A stretch of DNA of 64,000 bases, from positions 1 to 64,000 of IMG/VR virus record IMGVR_UViG_3300021957_004671; one strand, given 5' to 3'. This document shows, in pieces, positions 46,491 to 56,186 of this stretch. Numbering within the stretch: position 1 is the stretch's first letter; every line of letters begins with the position of its first letter. This stretch comes from a virus. The notes beneath the pieces were generated by a model, which saw nothing but the letters and a program-made list of their open reading frames with translations, was not told the origin of the DNA and did no database searches. The translations under genes were made by a program, and so were the position numbers.

Positions 46491-47291
46491 ATGATACCAA
46501 TAGAATATACTGAACTTAGATGTGCATTTGACCCAGAAAAGCTAGAAGCATATGAAAGCTTCTGTAAAGATTACGTTAAAGATAAAGTAGTCTGCGACCT
46601 CGGTGCTGGATGTGGTATACTAAGCCATATTGCACTTCATTATGGCGCATCTAAAGTTATATGTATGGATCAGAATGATAAAGCTTTAGAGATAGCAAAG
46701 AGATTATTGAACACTGATAAAGCCGAATATATTACATGTGATCTAACTAATGTAACCTTCCCAGAAGCTGATATCTATATTCATGAGATATTCGGTACTG
46801 TTTTATATGAAGAAAAGATTACTAGCATCTTTAGTAACTTAAAGAAACAAGGCCTTGAGAATAAATGCTTTCCTAATAAAGGTGAGTTCTTCTCGTTTGA
46901 GTGTGATAAGTTAACTGAAGAAGATTATGAATATAATATTGAGGATTTTCCTGAAGCAACTAAAGAGTATCACGCTCTTCTCAATGAAGAGGAAATAAAA
47001 TTAGGGTCGAGAATAATGTCATCTCGCTTCTATAATTATAAAGAAAAAAAGTTGCTAAAAAGCTTTGATTTAAGTGTTGACTCTGGGACGAGGTACATAT
47101 ATAATATGTTAGAATTGGTCCCCAGGTTCGGTTGGCGGGCTTACTTCCCAAACGGAGCTAGTTTTTCAAATACCCCGCGCATCGGGAACAATTGGTATGT
47201 ACTTGATGGAAGCCGTAATGGCCGATACGTCAAGCGCATGCAGTTAACATATAAACCAGAAGCAATAACAAATCCATATGAGGTCGATTAA
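46491..47291 (+). CDS. SAM-dependent methyltransferase, PRMT-like
   Basis: VVCDLGAGCGILS, GASKV, double-E-loop-like DIYIHEIFGTVLYEE. Confidence 0.78.
   Translation: MIPIEYTELRCAFDPEKLEAYESFCKDYVKDKVVCDLGAGCGILSHIALHYGASKVICMDQNDKALEIAKRLLNTDKAEYITCDLTNVTFPEADIYIHEIFGTVLYEEKITSIFSNLKKQGLENKCFPNKGEFFSFECDKLTEEDYEYNIEDFPEATKEYHALLNEEEIKLGSRIMSSRFYNYKEKKLLKSFDLSVDSGTRYIYNMLELVPRFGWRAYFPNGASFSNTPRIGNNWYVLDGSRNGRYVKRMQLTYKPEAITNPYEVD
47077..47105 (+). promoter_or_regulatory. Internal sigma70-type promoter for nrdB
   Basis: TTGACT-N17-TATAAT inside the methyltransferase ORF. Confidence 0.65.
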
Positions 47292-48367
47292 TGTCAGTAT
47301 TTACAGTAAGCAAGAAACCATCTAAATCGCGTAACATGTTCTTCGACGATCCGGTCGATATTGCGCGTTATGATGATGTTCGTTATCAACAGTTTGAAAA
47401 GCTTACTGACAAGCAATTAGGATTTTTCTGGAGACCTGAAGAAGTAGATATTCTTAGAGATTCAAAAGACTTTAAGAACATGAGTGAAGCAGAGCAGCAT
47501 ATCTTTACTTCCAATCTTAAGCGTCAGATTTTATTAGATTCTGTACAAGGACGAGCTCCTAACTTAGCGCTTCTTCCTATTGTGTCTCTTCCAGAACTTG
47601 AGACATGGATTGAAACCTGGGCATTCTCAGAAACTATTCACTCTCGTTCATACACGCATATTATTAGAAATATCTATGCTGATCCTTCTATTGTATTTGA
47701 TAAGATTACCTCTAATAAAGAGATTACAGATTGCGCTGAGAGTATTAGTAAGTACTATGATAACCTTATTGCTCGTAATAGAATCTCACCTGGTTTTGGT
47801 TCCTATGAGCATAAGAAGGCTTTATGGTTATGTATTAATGCCGTTAATGCACTAGAGGGTATTCGTTTCTATGTATCCTTTGCATGCTCATGGGCATTTG
47901 CTGAGCTTAAAAAGATGGAAGGCAATGCTAAGATTATTAAGCTTATTGCCAGAGATGAAAATGTACATCTCGCATCTACTACTCATATCCTTAGACTGCT
48001 TCCTAAAGAAGATAAAGACTTTGTTAAAATTAAAAAAGAGTGTGCTGACGAGGTATTAGAGATTATGAAAGAAGTAGTAGCTCAAGAAAAGTCCTGGGCT
48101 GATTACTTGTTTAGAGATGGCTCTATGATTGGTTTAAATGCTAGTGTACTTAAAACATATATTGAATGGATTGCTGCTAAGAGATGTACTGCAGTTGGTA
48201 TCAAGCATAGTTTTGCTGGAGGGTCTAATCCTCTACCATGGACTCAAAAATGGATCGGTGGAGGCGAAGTACAAGTCGCTCCTCAGGAGACAGAAATTTC
48301 GTCTTATATTGTAGGCGGTGTTAAAAAGGATGTGAGTTCAGATACATTTAAAGGATTCAGTTTATAA
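47291..48367 (+). CDS. nrdB: Ribonucleotide reductase class Ia beta subunit
   Basis: FFWRPEE, QILLDSVQGR, ETIHSRSY, LEGIRFYVSF, RDENVH, APQETE. Confidence 0.98.
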   Translation: MSVFTVSKKPSKSRNMFFDDPVDIARYDDVRYQQFEKLTDKQLGFFWRPEEVDILRDSKDFKNMSEAEQHIFTSNLKRQILLDSVQGRAPNLALLPIVSLPELETWIETWAFSETIHSRSYTHIIRNIYADPSIVFDKITSNKEITDCAESISKYYDNLIARNRISPGFGSYEHKKALWLCINAVNALEGIRFYVSFACSWAFAELKKMEGNAKIIKLIARDENVHLASTTHILRLLPKEDKDFVKIKKECADEVLEIMKEVVAQEKSWADYLFRDGSMIGLNASVLKTYIEWIAAKRCTAVGIKHSFAGGSNPLPWTQKWIGGGEVQVAPQETEISSYIVGGVKKDVSSDTFKGFSL

Positions 48368-48534
48368 TGGCTGTGACAATAAGAGTAAACTGCCTAGAAT
48401 GTGATTGTACTTGCCTAGTAGATATTGAGACAACATGGGACATTAGATATTGCCCATCATGTGGAAGTGAAGTAGAAATAGACGAAGATGACGTTATACA
48501 TGAAGATGTGAACTTCGATGATTGGGATGATTAA
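48367..48534 (+). CDS. Small zinc-ribbon protein with acidic tail (55 aa, not in ORF track)
   Basis: CLEC...YCPSCG, then DEDD...DDWDD; TAATG coupling on both sides. Confidence 0.7.
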   Translation: MAVTIRVNCLECDCTCLVDIETTWDIRYCPSCGSEVEIDEDDVIHEDVNFDDWDD

Positions 48535-48956
48535 TGGTTTGGTTATATGAGGGTAAAGAATTTACTTCAGAAGATATCGGAGATTATCAAGGGTTCGTTT
48601 ACTTAATTACTAATCAAGAAAATGGAAGAAAATATATTGGAAAAAAGTTCTTCAAGAAGCCTAAAGTATTACCAAAGACCAAGAAAAGAAAACGCCGTGT
48701 CAGAACAACAGTTGAGTCAGACTGGAAAACATACTACGGATCATCTGAGCATCTTCTCAGAGATATCGAACAGTGGGATGATGACCAAAGAGGAGTGGGA
48801 CTTAAACGTGAGATTACACGCTTGTGTAAAACCAAAGGTGAATGTTCCTACTACGAAATCAAAGAGCAATTAGCTGTTGATGCTTTATTAGATGAGAGTT
48901 ACTATAACTCATTTGTAGGTTGTAAGATACATAGAAAACATATAATAAATGAATAA
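48534..48956 (+). CDS. GIY-YIG endonuclease II-like (DenA-like)
   Basis: GFVYLITN...KYIGKK, ESDWKTYYGSS, YYN; follows nrdB as in T4-like genomes. Confidence 0.85.
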   Translation: MVWLYEGKEFTSEDIGDYQGFVYLITNQENGRKYIGKKFFKKPKVLPKTKKRKRRVRTTVESDWKTYYGSSEHLLRDIEQWDDDQRGVGLKREITRLCKTKGECSYYEIKEQLAVDALLDESYYNSFVGCKIHRKHIINE

Positions 48957-49620
48957 CTATGCAATTAAATATAGACCAGGAGCAGGAGGCGAGTTCCTAG
49001 TATGTATGATTGAGGGGCTAGATAAAGATATTATCGTAGAGCCAGATGAGAATAATAGATACGTGGGTGCACATGTTGAGTCTTGGCATCAAAGCTTAGG
49101 TAATTATTTTAATAATTCAGGTCTTACTTATAATAATACTCCTAGATTTAGTAATCATGAGGTACCTGATAAGCACTGTATGACATTTCATCTATGGAAC
49201 TTAGATTATATTATTCAGCTATGTAAATTAAAGACAAAAGTCCTAGTTATAGAGGACTCAACCATACACTCTGATATATTGGCATTCCACAAGATACCTA
49301 CATATAAAGGTAAATCAGCTGAAGATCATGTTAAGGTGCAAATGCCTCGTTATAAAGAATGGTCTCAAGTCTATAGTGATAATGAGACTGTTATGAACTA
49401 TGCTAAGAAGCTACTTGATATACGAACAGTTGAGCATGATGAGTTTTATGAATATTCTTTTGAGCAATTAGAAGAAATACTTGCATGGCTCGCTGGAGTA
49501 AAATTAACAAAAGAATGGTATGAGATATTTAAAACGAATACTATTACCAATAAAGGTATTATAAATATACACAAAGATGACTTTATAAGGAACCTGGAGA
49601 CGGAAAATGACACCAACTGA
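48949..49620 (+). CDS. Hypothetical protein, sulfotransferase-like N-terminal loop
   Basis: YRPGAGGEFL. Confidence 0.55.
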   Translation: MNNYAIKYRPGAGGEFLVCMIEGLDKDIIVEPDENNRYVGAHVESWHQSLGNYFNNSGLTYNNTPRFSNHEVPDKHCMTFHLWNLDYIIQLCKLKTKVLVIEDSTIHSDILAFHKIPTYKGKSAEDHVKVQMPRYKEWSQVYSDNETVMNYAKKLLDIRTVEHDEFYEYSFEQLEEILAWLAGVKLTKEWYEIFKTNTITNKGIINIHKDDFIRNLETENDTN

Positions 49621-50299
49621 ATTTGTAAAAGATATTATGAAAGAAAACGAAGCACTGTTTAAAGCTTCTAAGATGAACGTGAAGAAGTACTTCGAAGATC
49701 AGCCTGATCAGTCACATCTAGTAGACCACTTTATTGGACGTATGGTTAATGAGCATATGAACTTTGAAGAAATTACTCAGCAGCTACATGATAATGATAA
49801 AATGCCTAAGGATGAGCGCAGACTACTTGCTAAACAAGCAATGGATGAAGCAAAGCATACTAAGATGGTACGCGAAGTTATCGAGCATATTCTCGGAGAA
49901 GAGATTGACTTTGATGCTGCAGTAGCTCGTGAAAAAGAACTTAATACTGCTAAAGGTGCTACGCTTCTAGAGACATACGGCGCTCAAGATGACGAGGCTG
50001 CTCTTGCTGCTTATCAATTAGTAGCTGAAGGACGAGCTCAAGCAGTATGGGATCAGATGGCTGATACTATTGAAGATGATTTCATTGCAATTAGATATCG
50101 CGAGATCGCTAAAGACGAAGGTTTCCACTCTAAGATTGGTGCTCGTAAATTGTCTAAGATTGCTACAACTGAATCGATACAAGATAAGGTACGTACTCTA
50201 GTATCTAATATGAGAAAAGATCTCTTTGAGATTAGTTGCAAAAACACAACAGAAGCACCTGGCTCCCGTCAGTTGGTTCAAGAGGCTTACGGCTGGTAA
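49607..50299 (+). CDS. Ferritin-like di-iron protein
   Basis: E (RMVNE), DEAKH, E (VAEGRA), DEGFH; late box TATAAATA 49560-49567. Confidence 0.8.
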   Translation: MTPTEFVKDIMKENEALFKASKMNVKKYFEDQPDQSHLVDHFIGRMVNEHMNFEEITQQLHDNDKMPKDERRLLAKQAMDEAKHTKMVREVIEHILGEEIDFDAAVAREKELNTAKGATLLETYGAQDDEAALAAYQLVAEGRAQAVWDQMADTIEDDFIAIRYREIAKDEGFHSKIGARKLSKIATTESIQDKVRTLVSNMRKDLFEISCKNTTEAPGSRQLVQEAYGW

Positions 50300-50302
50300 A
50301 AA

Positions 50303-50881
50303 ATGATTATAGGACTCTCCCAACGAGTCCTAACCTATAGGGAGAGGGAGTATGACTCTTTAAGCAGGGACTTTTATAAGTTCTTTAAGGGTCATACTCT
50401 TCTACCCATACCTAACGGGTATAGTATAGATTATGATGCGTTGGTAAATCAGATTGATATTTTTGTAATTACTGGTGGAGAAGCTCATCCAGATAGAACT
50501 CAAACCGAGTTACTTATAGCACAAAAAATGACGTCGATTGGCAAACCAGTAGTTGGTATTTGTTATGGTGCATTCCTATTAACGGAAGTGTTAGAAGGAT
50601 CTGTACAGACAAAGTACGATATGCCTCATGGTGTTGATCATAAGATATTCTATCATACTGATCTAGAAGAATATGAAGTAAACTCTTTTCACAATCAAAT
50701 TATCACCCATGAGCCTCCAGGCTCAGAAGTACTATGTTCAGATGAATATGGTTATGTTGAAGCATGGGTTAAAGGGAATGTAGCAGCTGTAGTATGGCAC
50801 CCAGAAAGAATGAATGAACCCTGGTTACCATCTGAGATTAATAATCTTTTGAAAAAACAGTTGCAATATGTGTTACATTAG
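50303..50881 (+). CDS. Class I glutamine amidotransferase / peptidase C26-like
   Basis: ITGG, GICYG, VNSFH, WHPER triad. Confidence 0.88.
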   Translation: MIIGLSQRVLTYREREYDSLSRDFYKFFKGHTLLPIPNGYSIDYDALVNQIDIFVITGGEAHPDRTQTELLIAQKMTSIGKPVVGICYGAFLLTEVLEGSVQTKYDMPHGVDHKIFYHTDLEEYEVNSFHNQIITHEPPGSEVLCSDEYGYVEAWVKGNVAAVVWHPERMNEPWLPSEINNLLKKQLQYVLH

Positions 50882-50889
50882 GATATAAT
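50861..50889 (+). promoter_or_regulatory. Sigma70-type promoter of cupin gene
   Basis: TTGCAA-N17-TATAAT; ATG follows after 6 nt. Confidence 0.7.
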
Positions 50890-50895
50890 TATAGC

Positions 50896-51549
50896 ATGAT
50901 TAAATTAAAAGAACCATTAACAGTAAGAGATAGATGGAACTTCAAAGTTACCTATCTCGAAGAGCATGAATACCAGACCTTTACTCCAGAAGGAATGGCT
51001 TACATTATGTTGAATAAATCAATGTACTTCAATGACGATGGCTATATGGCCCATAAGACAGGATGTGTACAGACATCTTCAAGGTTCGGTATTACTACCG
51101 ATGAAGGCACCGCAGTTGTTATCGAGTATCCAGGATTACATCTTCTAGAGGATCGTATCTATATACAGAACGAACTAGATATGGGTAATCTTGCTTACAT
51201 GGATGGCGGCACGAACACCACTGCTATTAACCCAGGCAGGTTAGGTGATCCGGTTGTAAACTATGTACACTTCCCTGCAGGTATGCACCAAACTCTACAT
51301 ACACATCCATCACATAGAATAGGATTATGTGTATCGGGTAACGGTAGAGTGCAGCTAGAAGGTCATGAGTACTTTGATGTGAAAAATGGCGAGGCATTCT
51401 TTATGCGACGCAACGAACTTCATAACTTTATGTGCCAAGATGAAGATGTAGTATTATTTGTGTGGGCTCCAGACTCTGGAACAGGTCCTACCGATGAAGT
51501 AAATCCTTTGAAAGTAAGAACTTATGTCGGGCAACAATTCACAAAATAA
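50896..51549 (+). CDS. Cupin-domain protein
   Basis: QTLHTHPSHRIG...SGNG...ELHNF. Confidence 0.82.
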   Translation: MIKLKEPLTVRDRWNFKVTYLEEHEYQTFTPEGMAYIMLNKSMYFNDDGYMAHKTGCVQTSSRFGITTDEGTAVVIEYPGLHLLEDRIYIQNELDMGNLAYMDGGTNTTAINPGRLGDPVVNYVHFPAGMHQTLHTHPSHRIGLCVSGNGRVQLEGHEYFDVKNGEAFFMRRNELHNFMCQDEDVVLFVWAPDSGTGPTDEVNPLKVRTYVGQQFTK

Positions 51550-52183
51550 ACGTCTTCTCATTCTAGCAGGCGCTCAAGGTTCAGGTAACCATTTGTTTGC
51601 TAGATTATTCTCTCTACATGACAGCGTTAAAGGCTGGGATGAACTGCTTGAAAAGTATTGGGTACCTTCTGATGAGGAACCCTTCGCGAAAGCGTTTGTA
51701 GACCCTTCAGAGCTTAACGCTGAGCTATTGGAAGAGTATACGGTAATGAATGTGTCGTACCCGTTCATATACAATGGAGAGAAGGTTTATCCTAAGATTA
51801 AAGAAGTGGCTAACCTAGCTACTGACTTAGGAGTTAAGGTACAGATTGGTATTATAGTAAGAGATCATAATATCAATCAATTGCAGCAGCAACGTGTAAG
51901 AGGCTATGTTGCATTTGAAGAGGCCAGAACTTATTTCAGACATTTAGATAATGAAGAGTATGATATACATTTCATTAGTCACGAATCCTTATTTGCATAT
52001 CCTAATATGTATATGAGATATCTAGGACAGCAGTTAGATTTTCCTGTTGACTGGAAAAATGCTAGCAGTCATATTGACGTAGCACCTAATAGTAAGTATG
52101 TAAAGTACGTTGAGGAGCATTGGCTTGATGAACTAGTTCACGCAGGCCTTCGCACTAAGAGCGAGAGGGGCATAGATAATTAA
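51524..52183 (+). CDS. Sulfotransferase-like P-loop protein
   Basis: LILAGAQGSGNHLFARLFSLH, IIVRD, ISHESL. Confidence 0.6.
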   Translation: MSGNNSQNKRLLILAGAQGSGNHLFARLFSLHDSVKGWDELLEKYWVPSDEEPFAKAFVDPSELNAELLEEYTVMNVSYPFIYNGEKVYPKIKEVANLATDLGVKVQIGIIVRDHNINQLQQQRVRGYVAFEEARTYFRHLDNEEYDIHFISHESLFAYPNMYMRYLGQQLDFPVDWKNASSHIDVAPNSKYVKYVEEHWLDELVHAGLRTKSERGIDN

Positions 52184-52221
52184 AGGGAGGTGAGTCAATC
52201 ACTGGAACCCTCTCGCTCTTA
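52156..52221. other. 14-bp perfect inverted repeat at the convergent junction (terminator or structured RNA)
   Basis: TAAGAGCGAGAGGG (52156-52169) / CCCTCTCGCTCTTA (52208-52221), 38-nt loop. Confidence 0.7.
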
Positions 52222-54042
52222 ATCCTTTTTATAAGTAAAGATTTCAATTAACTCTTCTTTACCTTTAACCTTGATATCACCAATCTTAACTGATTCAATA
52301 TCAACTAGCTTATCTTTAGTAAAGCCTGAGTATATTGTAGGCTGATCTATATAATCACCTCTAGCAGCAGTCGCCTCTAATCGCGCAGCTAGATTAACCG
52401 CATCGCCGATAACACTATAATCAAAGCGGCTAACGGACCCCATATTACCAACAATACAGTCACCAGTATTAACTCCAGTCCCGACACGGATTGTTGGAAG
52501 ACCCATTTCTCTATAAACTTCTTGTAACTCTTTAGTAGCATCTTCTATCTCCATAGCTGATTTTACTGCCATATCAGCATGATTATCGCACGGTAACGGA
52601 GCATTCCAAAAGGCCATAATACAATCGCCCATATACTTGTCAATAGTACCGCCGTTGTTAAGAATAATAGTAGTCATTTTATCTAAGTAGTTATTAATAA
52701 GATTAACTAATCCTTCCGGATCATTATTGTTTTTATAGTGTTCTGATATTGGAGTAAATCCACATATATCCATAAACAGGAATGTCATCTCTTTTCTCTC
52801 ACCGCCAAGTTTAAGGAGTGATGGATCTTTAGCAAGAGCATCAACCATATCTGGAGATAAGTAAGTACCGAACTGTCCTTTTATCATCTGCTTCTGCTTA
52901 AAGTTAGTATAGAATTGTACAAAAGAACCATGAGCAAATACAAGCATGAGAGTTAAAAGAGGGAACGTTGGATCAAATAAGAAATAATTATAACTGAATA
53001 GATCAGATGCTCCATACACAACACCCATTGAGAATACTATGAATACACCACCAGCAACTAATATAGGTGCTAACCTCAGAAATAATATAACTAGTATGGA
53101 AAGAAGTACTGTTGTAATGATTTCGTATATCATGAACTCAGGCATTCTTTTAATGCTGACTCCATCGATCATAGTTTTAAGCAAGTTAGCCTGAACATCA
53201 TGAGGGTACATTGAACCTAATGGTGTAGATACTATAGTACTTCCGTTAAATGTAGCTCCTAGTATAGCAATAGATCCGGCTGGAATTTTATCTATATCAG
53301 TAAATGAGTATCTCTTAAATTTGTTCCAATATGCTACAGTTACATTACCTTGATTGTCTGTAACGATATTATCAAACTTTGGAATACGTACAAATAGAAT
53401 ACCAAGAGGGTCAGTCTTAATCTGAAATGTTGTATCACCTGCTGTAACTCTAAGTATATCTAGAGCAAAGGATGGATACATTTTATCTTCGTACAAATTA
53501 ACTAGAGGTATACGTCTAATAATACCATCCTGATCTCTAGTACTATCTACAAGTCCGAATCCATATGCTGATTCATGCAGTTCAGGTCTAGCGAATAATA
53601 ATCCGTCTTTCTCTCGTACAAAGTTAGAGATTGGATCTTCTCCGAATTGAGCAAGTCCAGGTACTCTAGGTCTATAGTCTGTATTGGTTCGGTCACTAGA
53701 ACTGATTGCAAGAATCGATGTCATTCCAAACAATGTATCTGATAAGGCTTTATCTCCACCAGTTCTATCTTCCTCACTCATTATAATATTAATACCGAGG
53801 ATAGAATCTTTTGCTTTGTATAGTTCCTTAGCTAATATATCTCTCGGTAAAGGATATTGACCATACTTAGCAAGTGTATCTTCATCTATATCAATTAGTA
53901 CAATTTGCTCTGATTGTTCTGGTGCTTGACTGCGTTGGAGAAAATCGAAGAAAGAAAGTCGAGCACTTTCCATTAAGAAGGGATCGAGTACTCTTAGTCC
54001 TATAAGAAGAACTAATGTAATTAATACGTGCCAGATTTTCAT
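52219..54042 (-). CDS. CHASE2-domain class III adenylate cyclase
   Basis: N-terminal TM; CHASE2 (IVLIDIDE, GQYPLPR, DQDGIIRRIPL, TPLG); three TMs; FGTYLSP; FMDICGFT, IDKYMGDCIMAFWNAP, GNMGS..RFDYSVIGDAVNLAARLE, VKGK. Confidence 0.95.
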   Translation of the reverse strand: MKIWHVLITLVLLIGLRVLDPFLMESARLSFFDFLQRSQAPEQSEQIVLIDIDEDTLAKYGQYPLPRDILAKELYKAKDSILGINIIMSEEDRTGGDKALSDTLFGMTSILAISSSDRTNTDYRPRVPGLAQFGEDPISNFVREKDGLLFARPELHESAYGFGLVDSTRDQDGIIRRIPLVNLYEDKMYPSFALDILRVTAGDTTFQIKTDPLGILFVRIPKFDNIVTDNQGNVTVAYWNKFKRYSFTDIDKIPAGSIAILGATFNGSTIVSTPLGSMYPHDVQANLLKTMIDGVSIKRMPEFMIYEIITTVLLSILVILFLRLAPILVAGGVFIVFSMGVVYGASDLFSYNYFLFDPTFPLLTLMLVFAHGSFVQFYTNFKQKQMIKGQFGTYLSPDMVDALAKDPSLLKLGGERKEMTFLFMDICGFTPISEHYKNNNDPEGLVNLINNYLDKMTTIILNNGGTIDKYMGDCIMAFWNAPLPCDNHADMAVKSAMEIEDATKELQEVYREMGLPTIRVGTGVNTGDCIVGNMGSVSRFDYSVIGDAVNLAARLEATAARGDYIDQPTIYSGFTKDKLVDIESVKIGDIKVKGKEELIEIFTYKKD

Positions 54043-54419
54043 TAATTTACCAGACTGTAGTTATGAGCAATAGTAACACTAAGAATACCATTTACAATAT
54101 TAATAGTCATTCTATCCCCATAATAATGAATAATAGTACCAAGCACAGCTTTATGGATTATTAGATCAGAGAGAGATGGTCTCTTAGGCAGCAAAGGGTT
54201 AATTTCTCTGCAGTCAGAACACTTTCTCATTGCTCTGTCTGTTGTATATACATCTAAAGCATTAAGAGTCCAGAACAACAACATCTGATTGTCTGTTGGC
54301 TGATCAAAAGTCTGAACCGGAGCATCACTGATATGATATTCCCAGTCTGGTTTAGGTCCATATACTTCTGCATGAAGGGGAGTTGAAAATAGTATTAAAA
54401 ATAGTAGAAGTTTTTTCAT
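54042..54419 (-). CDS. Exported/membrane hypothetical protein
   Basis: Signal peptide MKKLLLFLILFSTPLHA; LNALDVYTT, REINPL. Confidence 0.7.
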   Translation of the reverse strand: MKKLLLFLILFSTPLHAEVYGPKPDWEYHISDAPVQTFDQPTDNQMLLFWTLNALDVYTTDRAMRKCSDCREINPLLPKRPSLSDLIIHKAVLGTIIHYYGDRMTINIVNGILSVTIAHNYSLVN

Positions 54420-55534
54420 TGCTTTATATTTATAACAGTTGCTGACCCGTTAATTATAACAGGATCTAGCTCTTTACCGCCTTGCATTAAATTTACTTCA
54501 GTCTCTGCATCGGCCTCAAGATCTGCTCTAAAGCTTCCAGTAACCTCTCTTCTTAGAGATAAAAGGTTACCGTCTATAATAGTACTAAATTGGGTATCAG
54601 AATCGAATCCTTCTTCTGTGCCTTGTATAGCAGCTGTACCAGTAAACTCTTTAGTACCTAGATTATCCATATCAAGATCACTATAATCATCTAGTAAATC
54701 TTCTAATAGATCAACATCAAGATAGTTAATATCTAGTTCAGTATACTCTAACAGATCTTCTTCTAATTCGTCCTCTAAAAGTTGCTCATCTAAGAAATCT
54801 ATATTAAGGGGATTAACATTCTTATTAGCATTAACTGAAGAGTAAAATTCATCTACTGTTTCTACTCTCTTAGGAGGTGAAATGATCATTATATTATCTA
54901 ACATATCTAACGTTAGATCTAATATAGCAGGTGTGGAAGGAAATGACTCCAGAACTGATGCAGTAGTTGATTCAAATGGCTTATTAAGAGTAACATCACC
55001 CATCTGAGTTGATACTATAATTTCACCAGATGATAATCCATTAACGTCAGGTAACAATACTACAAGAGTTCTTCCTAACTCATCAACAGTTACTGTAAAG
55101 TCAGTACCTCTAATGGATATAGAGGCGCTTGGTGTTCTCAGGCTTATATTCTCTTGATTAATCCTTCCAATCTCACCAGATACAAATCTAGCTGTTCCTT
55201 GTGCAAAGGTCATAGCCAATGAAGACTTGGAAGGATCGGGGTCAAGAACTACTTTATCTAATATAATACGAGAGTGCTCAGTCATTCTAAGCTTAGACTC
55301 ATCAACAAATAGAATCTCCATTCGACCCTCGCCTGTGCGAAGGTCGTCCTTAGAAACTATATCAGAACCAGATGTAGGCTCTAACTTACTCTCATCTCTT
55401 ACAATCTGACGCCAACCAATAGCTCGGTTAACTTCACCAACGTCAGCTACTGGATTACTAGCAGCCTGTTGCGGAGCCAGAATCAGACTGACTAATACAA
55501 AGAGTTGCAGGAGTTGTTGTTGTGCCTGATCCAC
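54416..55534 (-). CDS. FecR-domain periplasmic protein
   Basis: Signal peptide; DDLRTGEG, FVDESKLRMTEHS, GTARFVSG, TPSASISIRGTDF; acidic C-terminal half. Confidence 0.85.
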   Translation of the reverse strand: MDQAQQQLLQLFVLVSLILAPQQAASNPVADVGEVNRAIGWRQIVRDESKLEPTSGSDIVSKDDLRTGEGRMEILFVDESKLRMTEHSRIILDKVVLDPDPSKSSLAMTFAQGTARFVSGEIGRINQENISLRTPSASISIRGTDFTVTVDELGRTLVVLLPDVNGLSSGEIIVSTQMGDVTLNKPFESTTASVLESFPSTPAILDLTLDMLDNIMIISPPKRVETVDEFYSSVNANKNVNPLNIDFLDEQLLEDELEEDLLEYTELDINYLDVDLLEDLLDDYSDLDMDNLGTKEFTGTAAIQGTEEGFDSDTQFSTIIDGNLLSLRREVTGSFRADLEADAETEVNLMQGGKELDPVIINGSATVINIKQ

Positions 55535-56186
55535 TGAATTCCACCGTTACATTATCGCTCTGAAGCGTTGATTGCTGATCTATTGTAATATCTATGTTAC
55601 TACCGACTCCAGTAATGGATGAAGTATGACCATCATACCCATCTGCATCGTAAGCAATGCTTACATTGTCGCCGTCAATATCTAGATATGTATCTACATC
55701 ATTGCTGTCAATATTGTAATCAAGATTAAAGTAGTCACCAAGTAATGTCCAATCAAGTACTAGACCAGTTGCCTGATCGTCAGTAGCAATATCAAGATCA
55801 ATACTAGCACTATTACCGTCTAAATCAATCTTTATATCACTACTGTCACCGCCATATGTATCTGTAGGATCAACGTCAATAGCCAGGCTATTCGTATCAC
55901 CGTCAATATCAATAACAGTAGTAGTAGTACCTATAATGTTACCTATTACTTTGTTAGTACTTCCAACTGTAGATATGCTTACAGCGGAATTATCACCATC
56001 AATTTTCATAGCTGTAGTACCATCTAGACTACCAGCTATGATATTACCACTACCATCTTGAGTTAAGTTGATATCAGAACCACTACCTACTTGATCTATA
56101 TAGATGGTATTATCCTGTGCAGCTGCATTATAAGAAGTCATAGCGAAAAGTAAGCACATCGAATATTTTAAATGTCTTAACTTCAT
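55458..56186 (-). CDS. Secreted curlin-like beta-repeat protein
   Basis: Signal peptide, then DNTIYIDQVG...LTQDGSGN and repeated (I/L)DG(D/N)xN/S beta-arc units; directly downstream of csgG. Confidence 0.65.
   Translation of the reverse strand: MKLRHLKYSMCLLFAMTSYNAAAQDNTIYIDQVGSGSDINLTQDGSGNIIAGSLDGTTAMKIDGDNSAVSISTVGSTNKVIGNIIGTTTTVIDIDGDTNSLAIDVDPTDTYGGDSSDIKIDLDGNSASIDLDIATDDQATGLVLDWTLLGDYFNLDYNIDSNDVDTYLDIDGDNVSIAYDADGYDGHTSSITGVGSNIDITIDQQSTLQSDNVTVEFSGSGTTTTPATLCISQSDSGSATGC

Noticed and set aside
17892..48367. Introns or inteins in gp43, gp41, nrdA, nrdB or thyX
   Set aside because: Each ORF is continuous, of expected length, and lacks intein terminal motifs
48534..48956. Mobile GIY-YIG homing endonuclease
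   Set aside because: Short catalytic-only protein without a DNA-binding tail, in the usual EndoII position after nrdB
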